Below are positions 1 to 7,996 of a stretch of DNA of 14,372 bases, piece after piece. Every line of letters begins with the position of its first letter. Position 1 is the stretch's first letter. Source of the stretch: Promethearchaeota archaeon (GTDB lineage: Archaea > Asgardarchaeota > Hermodarchaeia > Hermodarchaeales > Hermodarchaeaceae); NCBI GenBank assembly GCA_048939245.1, contig JBHLPR010000058.1, positions 1-14,372 of the forward strand, read 5' to 3'. The notes beneath the pieces were generated by a model. The model was not told where the DNA came from. It saw only the letters and a list, made by a program, of their open reading frames with translations, and did no database searches. Both the position numbers and the translations under genes were made by a program.

Positions 1-191
<191 letters not shown>

Positions 192-286
192 TTAGATGCC
201 TCCGATTTCACTAAAGTTAGGGAGCCAGATGCAGTTAAGTGTTAAAAATCCAATGGTTCTAAAAAAGCTTAGGGCAAGGGGTTTTT

Positions 287-922
287 ATGTCTGCACGATT
301 GCCCAGGAAACAGTTAGAAATTCTGCTGAGTCAACTGAAAGGGTTTCCTGAACCGAGACCGAGTATGGAACAGTATGAGGTGACTGATAGCGTCGCGGCG
401 ACCATGGTTTTCACCGCTGCTATTCGGGGTGATATCGAAGATCGTTGCGTTTATGATTTAGGATGTGGCCCTGGGCGCTTGGCTATTGGAGCCGCTTTGC
501 TCGGAGCTCGTCAAGTTGTGGGTGTGGATATTGATACGAAAGTATTAAATGTGGCAATACAAAACGCTGTTCAAGTTGGTGTGCAAGAGCGAATCGAATT
601 CGTTTCACAAGATATTGAGACACTCACTGTGCAGACAGATACGGTATTAATGAACGCGCCATTTGGAGTTCAACGGGTTCACGCGGATCAACCCTTTCTC
701 CAAAAAGCCTTAGAGATTGGTAAGGTGATCTATTCCTTACATAAAGCGACGAAAGGCGGGCGAGAATTCATTACCGAATTTGTCTCGGAGCGAGGAGGAC
801 GAATCGCATTTGTACAGGAAATGTCAATGGCCCTTCCCCCAACTATGAACTTTCATGAGAAAAAACGACATATCATCCAGGTAGATTTTTACTGTATAGA
901 AAAATTGGAGGAAAATGTATGA
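287..922 (+). CDS. METTL5-family SAM-dependent methyltransferase (putative rRNA adenine-N6 methylase)
   Basis: N-terminal LSQLKGFPEPRPSMEQY, SAM motif I DLGCGPG, GVDID, motif IV MNAPFG, IYSLHK and C-terminal FHEKK. Sits upstream of csl4 as in other archaea. Confidence 0.9.
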   Translation: MSARLPRKQLEILLSQLKGFPEPRPSMEQYEVTDSVAATMVFTAAIRGDIEDRCVYDLGCGPGRLAIGAALLGARQVVGVDIDTKVLNVAIQNAVQVGVQERIEFVSQDIETLTVQTDTVLMNAPFGVQRVHADQPFLQKALEIGKVIYSLHKATKGGREFITEFVSERGGRIAFVQEMSMALPPTMNFHEKKRHIIQVDFYCIEKLEENV

Positions 923-1533
923 ACAATCAACATATTAGAGATGGCGATTCGGTGTTGCCTGGTGAAAGATTGGGTGTAATCGAAGAGTTCCTTTCAGGTG
1001 AAGGCACGTTCCAAGAGGAGGATGATGTCATCTATGCCAGCATTACCGGCGTTGTTCATATCGATATGAAAGAACGAAAAATCAGTGTTAAACCTACTAC
1101 ACGTACGCCAGTTTATCCGGAGCGGAATGACATTGTCTTTGGTTTCATTCAACACGTGACCAAAAAATCAGCAATTGTAAACATAATTCAGATTGAAGAT
1201 GAAAAATGCCCGGTCACATTTTCGGGGTACCTATTCATCAAGAACGCGGCTGGAGGATATATTGATCAGATGCGAGATCTCTTTGCCCCTGGCGATCTTA
1301 TTATCGCTAGGGTCCAACGGCAAGCTGACGGATTGGCTCGCCTTTCAACGGTTGGTTCACGTTATGGAGTGATTCAAGCATCGTGTAGCCGCTGCGGTGA
1401 ACCACTGCATTTACAGGGACGGCGGTTAGAATGTGTCGAATGCGGGAACTATGAAAAGCGAAAACTTTCACAAAATTATGGAAAAGTTCCTGGCTTAGAA
1501 TCCATAGAAAAGAAAGTAAAATCAGAGGACTAA
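919..1533 (+). CDS. csl4: Exosome complex RNA-binding protein Csl4
   Basis: N-terminal VLPGERLGVIEEF, S1 domain (FAPGDLIIARV) and C-terminal Zn ribbon CSRC...CVEC-G-EKRKLS. ATGA overlap with the upstream gene and a GGAGG SD. Confidence 0.95.
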   Translation: MNNQHIRDGDSVLPGERLGVIEEFLSGEGTFQEEDDVIYASITGVVHIDMKERKISVKPTTRTPVYPERNDIVFGFIQHVTKKSAIVNIIQIEDEKCPVTFSGYLFIKNAAGGYIDQMRDLFAPGDLIIARVQRQADGLARLSTVGSRYGVIQASCSRCGEPLHLQGRRLECVECGNYEKRKLSQNYGKVPGLESIEKKVKSED

Positions 1534-1549
1534 TGGAGTCGAAGAAAGA

Positions 1550-1774
1550 GTGGCTCGCTGGACGAAAAAGAGCCTTACATTTTCTATTACTGGTGCACAA
1601 GCCCAAGTTGATTTCATCGACCAGTTAAAACGGAAACTCAAACTCGATTTCCAAATTAAAGCCGATCAACGTGGAATCACGGTGATTGTGCGTGGTTATC
1701 CTGAACAAGTTCGAAAGGCAGTTAGTCGCGCTCAAGCGATATATCGTGATTCTAAGGAAGTTTCATTTGCCTAA
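1550..1774 (+). CDS. Small hypothetical protein resembling the N-terminal domain of the DUF2067 family
   Basis: 74 aa, GTG start, GGAG about 10 nt upstream, fills the csl4-rpoL gap. Its beta-alpha-beta-beta-alpha pattern recalls the N-terminus of DUF2067 proteins found near rpoL in archaea (from memory, not a search). Confidence 0.65.
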   Translation: MARWTKKSLTFSITGAQAQVDFIDQLKRKLKLDFQIKADQRGITVIVRGYPEQVRKAVSRAQAIYRDSKEVSFA

Positions 1775-1796
1775 TACTTTCACAGTTAAGCAACAC

Positions 1797-1804
1797 TTTA
1801 AAAG
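1797..1804 (+). promoter_or_regulatory. Putative TATA box for rpoL, RNase III-like gene and tfs
   Basis: TTTAAAAG about 50 nt upstream of rpoL in an AT-rich intergenic gap. Confidence 0.5.
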
Positions 1805-1852
1805 CAAAGTTGTGTAGGGTCTGCCTACCCCAAAAGAACATAAAAGGAGTCG

Positions 1853-2143
1853 ATGGCCATGAACATCGACATTATCAAAAATACTGCCAAAGAACTGGAA
1901 TTAGATATTATAGGTGAGGGACATACCCTGTGTAATCCCCTACGGGAGATTCTCTTTGAAGATAAGCACCTTACCTTTGCCGGATATTCTGTCCCCCATC
2001 CCTTGGAACGAAGCGCCAAATTTATTGTCCGTACTGATGGAAAAGTGAAGGCCATCAATGTGTTCAAACAGGCAGCGCAGAAGCTTATCGAACGAACCGA
2101 ACAGCTGCGAAAGGAATTTCAAAAAGCCCTCAAAGCTGTGTGA
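1853..2143 (+). CDS. rpoL: DNA-directed RNA polymerase subunit L (Rpo11)
   Basis: Hallmarks GEGHTLCNPLR and FAGYSVPHPL. AGGAG SD upstream; the true start may be the ATG at 1859. Confidence 0.96.
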   Translation: MAMNIDIIKNTAKELELDIIGEGHTLCNPLREILFEDKHLTFAGYSVPHPLERSAKFIVRTDGKVKAINVFKQAAQKLIERTEQLRKEFQKALKAV

Positions 2144-2607
2144 GTGGCGTGGCAACAGTCGAGGAACTGCAAACACTACTTGAAGCCGAAAATATTCACT
2201 CGATTAGGGCAGCTATGCGTCATAAGGAATTGGCAAAATTAGGTGACCCACTCACGAACTTGATATTTTCCTTAGCTCTGAGTATTCAGATGAGACAATT
2301 TGAGGGCAAGAAAGTGTCAGGAAGAATCCTTGCCGCAGCCATACGAGGTGCGGATCTCCGCCACTTAGCCCCTTCCCGTCTCGATGCACATGGCCTCGGA
2401 GATTGCGTCGAAGCGATGATTGCCTACGGATGGATTCGTGGATTCTTCACCATACAAGAAGCAGCCAATAAGCTATACGAGCAGTTTCTAAGAACAGGAG
2501 TGGGTACAAAACAATCCAAAGCAGAACGGCTCGAAGCGATTGCAATGGGATTTTCTGTTCTTCTACAACAAATCTGGGATAAAGAAAACGCAGCAACTGC
2601 CATGTAA
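2140..2607 (+). CDS. Archaeal stand-alone ribonuclease III-fold protein (Ribonucleas_3_2-like)
   Basis: LAKLGDPLTNLIFSLALS, GKKVSGRILAAA and RLDAHGLGDCVEAMIAYGW match the archaeal mini RNase III-like family. GTGA overlap with the rpoL stop. Confidence 0.82.
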   Translation: MSGVATVEELQTLLEAENIHSIRAAMRHKELAKLGDPLTNLIFSLALSIQMRQFEGKKVSGRILAAAIRGADLRHLAPSRLDAHGLGDCVEAMIAYGWIRGFFTIQEAANKLYEQFLRTGVGTKQSKAERLEAIAMGFSVLLQQIWDKENAATAM

Positions 2608-2674
2608 AGCCAATACATTCTTATGTTTTTTCTCGTAAGCATTCCAACCCGTGAATTCCTGGAGATTAGAATAA

Positions 2675-3019
2675 ATGGAATTTTGCCCTAAATGTTCAAG
2701 CATCCTCGTCCCACAAAAAGATGGAGAAAAGAAGGTCCTAATCTGCCAAGCGTGTGGCTACAAAAAACGCCTTACCACAAAAACTGAAGAAGAATACCGC
2801 TATGGCGATAAGATAGAACACATCCCTGAAAAAGAGGAAATCGTAGTTCTTGACGAGGAAATACTTGATCAACAAACAATGCCTACCGTTCGGGCTGTTT
2901 GTCCAAAATGTGGGAACAAAGAGGCCTATTATTGGCAAGTTCAGACCCGTTCTGGAGATGAGGCAATGACTACCTTTTATCGGTGCACAAAATGTAGTCA
3001 AACCTGGCGAGAATACTAA
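2675..3019 (+). CDS. tfs: Transcription factor S (TFS)
   Basis: Two Zn ribbons (FCPKC...CQAC and CPKC...CTKC) and the catalytic acidic hairpin QTRSGDE, ending WREY. Confidence 0.96.
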   Translation: MEFCPKCSSILVPQKDGEKKVLICQACGYKKRLTTKTEEEYRYGDKIEHIPEKEEIVVLDEEILDQQTMPTVRAVCPKCGNKEAYYWQVQTRSGDEAMTTFYRCTKCSQTWREY

Positions 3020-3026
3020 CAGATTT

Positions 3027-4247
3027 CTATCCCCACAAAAGCTTAGGAAGAAACCGCACTTTTGTAAACAATAGCCGAAGGGCACTCCGCAATAACACTG
3101 GCGATGTAAAAGCAGCTTGTATTACTCGACCTTGGCGATCAATATCCCCTTCGGTTTCAATGAGTTTTCGTGTTTTACTGTGTTGTAGACTCGAGAAGAG
3201 CTGATCCATTTCTTGATTGTCTAGCGTATTGACTAACCGACGAAGGAGTGCCATCAGGTGGAGTTGACGTCCCCAGCTGCGTTTCCATCTACGCTCGTAT
3301 CGACGAAGTTCATCATGATTATAGTAAGTTCCTTTGAGCGCTCGATGAATACTTGAGGCAGCCATAATAGCACAAGCCCCCCCGGCAACGACCCCGCCCC
3401 CTGTTGTGGCCTTGGTGTGTCCTGCTGCATCTCCTATATTCACAAATCGCTGGGCCACAGTTCTTGAAGAAGGCCCGCCTGAATATACAATACCACCATA
3501 GCGTTTCTCGATTTTGGCTCCTACAGTCAGAGAACAACTGTTGAAAAATTTGCTGAGTGCGGCAGGAGCTTGCTTATTGGCCGTTGCTAGTCCCACTCGT
3601 GCGTGATGATTGTCTAAAGGAATGACCCAAGCAAAGAAGTCCTTTGCAAGTTGAGTATTGAAAAAGAGGTGCACAGTATCGATTGGAAGCGAGACATTGG
3701 ATACTTCATATTGAAGCGCTGGAAGCATATACCTTGGTTTGGGTCGTGGTAGATTGAAAGGTTTCATTAATTGCGCATTTATCCCTTCAGCGTTCACCAC
3801 AAATTGGGTGCGTATTTCAGCTGCCTGCCCTTTGTCTTTTATGTTAAGCCGCATTTCATCTCGTTCACGCCTAATCTTGGAAACGTGAGTTCGCAAGTGG
3901 AGCTTGGCACCAGCAGCTTCAGCTTCCTGGGCAAGCTGAGAATCTAGACAATCTCGATGAACCACAAAGGCATGGGGTTCTGCTTTCGAAAGACGTAACT
4001 GGACGCCTGAAGGTGCATGGAAGATGGATTGTTTAACACGCTGGATAATGACCTCGGGTCGTGGGATAATTCCGTTATTTCGCAAGCCTTCAATGCCAAT
4101 TAGTCCAGCACAATGTACAGGTCTTCCCACGTTAGCATGCTCTTCGAGGAGAAGCACTGAGTGCCCTTTCCGGGCAAGTTGTCGAGCCGCAAGACTGCCC
4201 GCAGGTCCTGCGCCAATTACGACAACTTCTGCATCCACCGTCATCAC
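3027..4247 (-). CDS. Geranylgeranyl reductase-family FAD-dependent oxidoreductase
   Basis: GAGPAG Rossmann motif, HCAGL, FAWVIP (YxWxFP-like) and IGDAAGHTKATTGGG. Start is GTG 4247 or ATG 4244. Confidence 0.88.
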   Translation of the reverse strand: MMTVDAEVVVIGAGPAGSLAARQLARKGHSVLLLEEHANVGRPVHCAGLIGIEGLRNNGIIPRPEVIIQRVKQSIFHAPSGVQLRLSKAEPHAFVVHRDCLDSQLAQEAEAAGAKLHLRTHVSKIRRERDEMRLNIKDKGQAAEIRTQFVVNAEGINAQLMKPFNLPRPKPRYMLPALQYEVSNVSLPIDTVHLFFNTQLAKDFFAWVIPLDNHHARVGLATANKQAPAALSKFFNSCSLTVGAKIEKRYGGIVYSGGPSSRTVAQRFVNIGDAAGHTKATTGGGVVAGGACAIMAASSIHRALKGTYYNHDELRRYERRWKRSWGRQLHLMALLRRLVNTLDNQEMDQLFSSLQHSKTRKLIETEGDIDRQGRVIQAAFTSPVLLRSALRLLFTKVRFLPKLLWG

Positions 4248-4251
4248 TTGC

Positions 4252-4971
4252 TCATCCCAAGTATTGAAGAATATCTGACAACACTTTGATTTTAATAACG
4301 TTTTCAGGTGAAAACCAGTCGAAGCGATCCAGAAAAACGGGGATTAACCCCGCATTTTGTGCTCCCTTTAAATCCTCTATGGGACTGTCTCCAACAAGCA
4401 TAGCCTCTTCTGGCTTCTTAATTCTAATTTCTTGAAGAGCAATCTCAAAAATCTCTTTATGGGGTTTCCAAACCCCAACTTCTGAAGAAAGAGTAATTGT
4501 ATCAAAAAACTGCAGAATGCCCTGATTTTTCATGGATGAACGACGGCGTTTCAAAGCGTCTTGACCATCCGTATTCGAAATGAGGCCAATTTTGAATCCC
4601 TTCTGCTTGATTTCCTGTAGGGTATTAGGAGTTTCAGGATAAAGCTCATACGAACGCCCCTGTTCTCGGGCACGGAATTCCGCCTCGATTATCCCCTGAG
4701 TGTTTTCCCCATCAAGTCCGACGGCGGTTAAGACAAGACAATTTAAAGCATGCAATTCTTGTTTCGACAGTTCCATGAAGGGTATATTAAGTCGTTCGTA
4801 TTCCAGGACCTGGTTTCTGATTCCTTCATGAATTCTAGGATCATCAGATGAAACAGAGACGCCTAATCGATTTGCGATTCTGGCCCACACTTCTTCATTG
4901 GAGGGATAGTAATCGCATAATGTACCCCCATAATCAAAAAATATCGCTTTGATTTTCCTTGGAACATTCAT
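4252..4971 (-). CDS. HAD-IA family hydrolase
   Basis: Probable start MNVPRKIKAIFFDYGGTL at ATG 4971 with a GAGGG SD. Motif I DYGGT, motif II ISNT, motif III KP and motif IV VGDSPIEDLKGA. The track's extension to 5313 is antisense to pth2. Confidence 0.9.
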   Translation of the reverse strand: MNVPRKIKAIFFDYGGTLCDYYPSNEEVWARIANRLGVSVSSDDPRIHEGIRNQVLEYERLNIPFMELSKQELHALNCLVLTAVGLDGENTQGIIEAEFRAREQGRSYELYPETPNTLQEIKQKGFKIGLISNTDGQDALKRRRSSMKNQGILQFFDTITLSSEVGVWKPHKEIFEIALQEIRIKKPEEAMLVGDSPIEDLKGAQNAGLIPVFLDRFDWFSPENVIKIKVLSDILQYLG

Positions 4972-5068
4972 GCTTGACCCCTCATGTGACCAATGGGAAA
5001 TGAAAACGCAGATATGCCATAACGTGATGACTACATACTTAAGGGATTTTACAATGGATTGCGATGAA

Positions 5069-5461
5069 ATGGAGGATTTGAATCCAGTGAGAAAGAATGC
5101 TGAAGAATTCGAGTATAAACAAGTATTGGTGATTCGAACGGATTTGAAGATGAGCCGCGGAAAGCTCGCTGTACAAACCGCGCATGCAGCTGTCTCTTCA
5201 GCTGAAGAAGCCCGAAAACATTCACCAACAGTCTGGCGAAAGTGGCTTTGGGAAGGACAAAAGAAAGTAGCAGTAAAAGTCGCAACAGAAGACGATCTAA
5301 ATTCACTCCGCAAAGAAGCTGAACACTCAGGGTTACCAACTTATCTGGTTCGGGACCGAGGGCTGACAGAGCTGCCTCCTGGAACAGTGACTGCCTTAGG
5401 GATTGGACCAGCGGCAACAAAGGTTGTTGATAAGATTACAGGCGATCTAAAGTTACTGTGA
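5069..5461 (+). CDS. pth2: Peptidyl-tRNA hydrolase Pth2
   Basis: KQVLVIRTDLKMSRGKLAVQTAHA, GQKKVAVK, DRGLTELPPGTVTALGIGP and DKITGDLKLL. Start uncertain: ATG 5069, ATG 5054, or GTG 5087 behind GGAGG. Confidence 0.96.
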   Translation: MEDLNPVRKNAEEFEYKQVLVIRTDLKMSRGKLAVQTAHAAVSSAEEARKHSPTVWRKWLWEGQKKVAVKVATEDDLNSLRKEAEHSGLPTYLVRDRGLTELPPGTVTALGIGPAATKVVDKITGDLKLL

Positions 5462-5478
5462 AGTGTCTGGTGGATTAG

Positions 5479-6774
5479 GTGCGTGCCCTAGAATATGATA
5501 ATTTGATTGGAATGGAAGTATTCACCACACAATCCCCAGGGATAGGAGGACGGCTGAAAAAAGCCCCCGAAGATTTTATTGTTCAGGAAATCGGCGTAGA
5601 CGGATCCATAGCGCCATTAGAAACATTAGACCAAGAATTTTCTGACCAACCAGGTAAATTCACCATGTTTTTTCTTGTCAAACGCAATCTCGATTCCATC
5701 CAAGCCATTCGGCGTTTAAGCAAAACCATAGGAGTAAGCTACAAGCGATTCTCATATGCGGGTATCAAAGACCGCCGGGCAATTACCTCCCAACGTGTCT
5801 CGTTTCGGGGTTCACCGCATGACCTGATTGGACGCGAGATTTCTCAACTCACAATTTTACATCCGCACCGTGTGCCAAAACCCGTTGTTCCAGGAGCCTT
5901 AGAAGGGAATCAGTTCATAATCACAGTACGCGAGGTCACACTTGAGGCTAATGAAGTGAAGGCCCACCTGAATAATATTGAACAGGAGATTCGTGATACC
6001 GGTGGGATACTCAACTTTTATGGACCACAGCGCTTTGGAATTATGCGGCCTAACACCCACCTTGTCGGTAAACAGATTGTATTGGGAAACTTCGAACAGG
6101 CTATCCAAATTCTTCTCCAAGACAATAACTTCGCAGAAAATGAGAAAGACTCGGTGTTACTGAATGATTCGGTTCAAGGATCCTTTGAACGCGCCATTCG
6201 TCACTATTTAAACAAGCACCCAGGCAAATTCAAAGAGAGCTTAGGGGTCCTGCCAAAGGATTTGGTCAGACTATACATTCATGCGTATCAATCCTATCTT
6301 TTCAATAAGGCCATTAGTGAGAGAGCCCAACGTGGAATTATCTTGCAAACCCCCGTAGTTGGGGATTATACGATGCCGCCAACTGGTCAGATTCATGACG
6401 TGCGACCAGTGACTAAGGACAACGTGGAACGGGTTCAGCAGGAAGTCCAAGAGGGACGATTGACGCCTGTCATTCCAATTATTGGTTATGACTTCGAAAA
6501 GGTTCCTTTGGATGGCGCTATTGGCGATATTTATCATAGGATTCTGAAAAGTGAAAAGATTACTCCAGGGCACTTTCGCCTCAATGAGTTACCTGTCTTT
6601 AGCTCTCGAGGTACATTTCGATCACTGTTAGTAAATCCTCGTGGATTGAAGGTAACGGTGGAAGAAGAAAAGCAGGACACACCTGTTCGCGTTGAATTTG
6701 CTCTGCCAAAGGGCAGCTATGCATCGGTGGTATTACGGGAGTTGATGAAGCCAGACTCGCCAACGCAATTATGA
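5479..6774 (+). CDS. truD: tRNA pseudouridine(13) synthase TruD
   Basis: PEDFIVQE, catalytic YAGIKDRRAITSQ, GNQFII, NFYGPQRFG, HAYQSYLFN and FALPKGSYA. Confidence 0.96.
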   Translation: MRALEYDNLIGMEVFTTQSPGIGGRLKKAPEDFIVQEIGVDGSIAPLETLDQEFSDQPGKFTMFFLVKRNLDSIQAIRRLSKTIGVSYKRFSYAGIKDRRAITSQRVSFRGSPHDLIGREISQLTILHPHRVPKPVVPGALEGNQFIITVREVTLEANEVKAHLNNIEQEIRDTGGILNFYGPQRFGIMRPNTHLVGKQIVLGNFEQAIQILLQDNNFAENEKDSVLLNDSVQGSFERAIRHYLNKHPGKFKESLGVLPKDLVRLYIHAYQSYLFNKAISERAQRGIILQTPVVGDYTMPPTGQIHDVRPVTKDNVERVQQEVQEGRLTPVIPIIGYDFEKVPLDGAIGDIYHRILKSEKITPGHFRLNELPVFSSRGTFRSLLVNPRGLKVTVEEEKQDTPVRVEFALPKGSYASVVLRELMKPDSPTQL

Positions 6775-6783
6775 GGGCAGAGG

Positions 6784-7317
6784 CTAGTCGAAAGTTATCC
6801 GAATTCGCTCATTTGTCATCTCATAAATTGCATTTTCTAGCTGCTTCAATGTGAGGGGAATATTCTCTCGTTCCCGTTCACTAATACGAACTATACGTTC
6901 GAAACTGTTGTCAGGAAGCCAAATGGTATTGACACCAAGGATTTTGACCGGGCGAATTAAATCCCTTAGAATGTGTTGTGGATTTCGGCTTTCTTCAACA
7001 ATACGGACTTTGCTATTGAGATCTTCTTCCAATTGCCGTAGAATCCGTCGACTTGCACCAATAATTCGCCTAACGTCTCCTTTCCCAACTAAGACTATGA
7101 TAACTCCGTCAATTTGAAAAACGCGCTTGAATGTAACGTTTTTGATTGAGGGAAAAAGATCTTCTAGATTAATGAGCGCGCGAGCTACCTTTACGCCGAG
7201 CTCAGTTATTTCCCCGTTATTGATTTTTTCTTGGCAATTGCTACAGATAAGCGGGTAATTTTTTAGACAAATTTCACAGAGCGGAGATTTCACGTTTAAG
7301 CCTTCTATTTCTAACAT
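6784..7317 (-). CDS. NusA-like protein with N-terminal Zn finger and KH-type domains
   Basis: PLCEICLK...CSNC Zn finger, degenerate KH loop RRIIGASRR, KVRIVE and GVNTIWLPD. The likely start is GTG at 7293 (MKSPLCEIC). Typically found near pth2/truD. Confidence 0.8.
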   Translation of the reverse strand: MLEIEGLNVKSPLCEICLKNYPLICSNCQEKINNGEITELGVKVARALINLEDLFPSIKNVTFKRVFQIDGVIIVLVGKGDVRRIIGASRRILRQLEEDLNSKVRIVEESRNPQHILRDLIRPVKILGVNTIWLPDNSFERIVRISERERENIPLTLKQLENAIYEMTNERIRITFD

Positions 7318-7484
7318 TTAAGATTATGAGTGGGGTTCGTGGGATGGGCTAACGCTGGAAGCTTAAAAAACGTTCCCATCCAACTGACAGGAAGCGTGCC
7401 TTGTCATATTTGTACGATTTACTTTACACAACAACAATGCTCAAAAGGCAATGTTCCTACTCGTCAAACACTTCATTTCAGTAG

Positions 7485-7985
7485 GTGTTGACAAGTTTGG
7501 AACTAGTTGACAGGGTTGTTCGATTGACAGAACGCCAGCTGCAAATTTTACGCAAATTATACAAGGCAAGTATTCCGATGTCAGTGCAAACAGTTACACG
7601 TACCCAATCGGAGCTAGCTAAGGAGCTCAAGATTACTCGACAAGCACTGAGTAACCATCTGCGGAAGCTTCGGGCGCTTAAGCTTATTCGTACGGGTCGT
7701 GGATTCATTGATTTATCACCTGATTCCCTACGGTTATTAGGAAAATCAACAGATCAGGCCCTTGTCTTTTTGAAAGTTGAACCGAAATCTCGTTTCGAGG
7801 TGTATGAAGAAATTAAGCATCTGAACCCAACGCGCCTTCATCGAGTGACGGGCTCTGTAGACATCGTAGTATCTGTTGGAGGTGCTGAGTTAGCTGAATT
7901 TCTTTCCAAGGCAGCTGACATCGATGGGGTGATTGAGACCTCAACGCATACTGTGCTTACAACTTGGACGCCCGAAGCCATCTAA
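7485..7985 (+). CDS. Lrp/AsnC-like transcriptional regulator (winged HTH plus RAM domain)
   Basis: HTH TQSELAKELKITRQALSNHLRKL, wing IRTGRGFID and C-terminal RAM-like RVTGSVDIV...IDGVIETST. Start may be TTG 7497 (AGGTG at 7483-7487). Confidence 0.85.
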   Translation: MLTSLELVDRVVRLTERQLQILRKLYKASIPMSVQTVTRTQSELAKELKITRQALSNHLRKLRALKLIRTGRGFIDLSPDSLRLLGKSTDQALVFLKVEPKSRFEVYEEIKHLNPTRLHRVTGSVDIVVSVGGAELAEFLSKAADIDGVIETSTHTVLTTWTPEAI

Positions 7986-7996
7986 AGGTGTTTTTC

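Noticed and set aside
1533-1628. 31-codon ORF (MESKKEWLAGRK...) starting in a TAATG overlap with the csl4 stop
   Set aside because: Out of frame with the better 74-aa ORF, no recognisable features and no evident slippery site for a frameshift fusion.
4949-5068. N-terminal extension of the Pth2 ORF
   Set aside because: It overlaps the HAD start and the divergent promoter region, and Pth2 homology begins only near EYKQVLV.
4972-5313. N-terminal 114-aa extension of the HAD ORF in the track
   Set aside because: It is antisense to pth2, and the HAD domain starts at ATG 4971 with its own SD.
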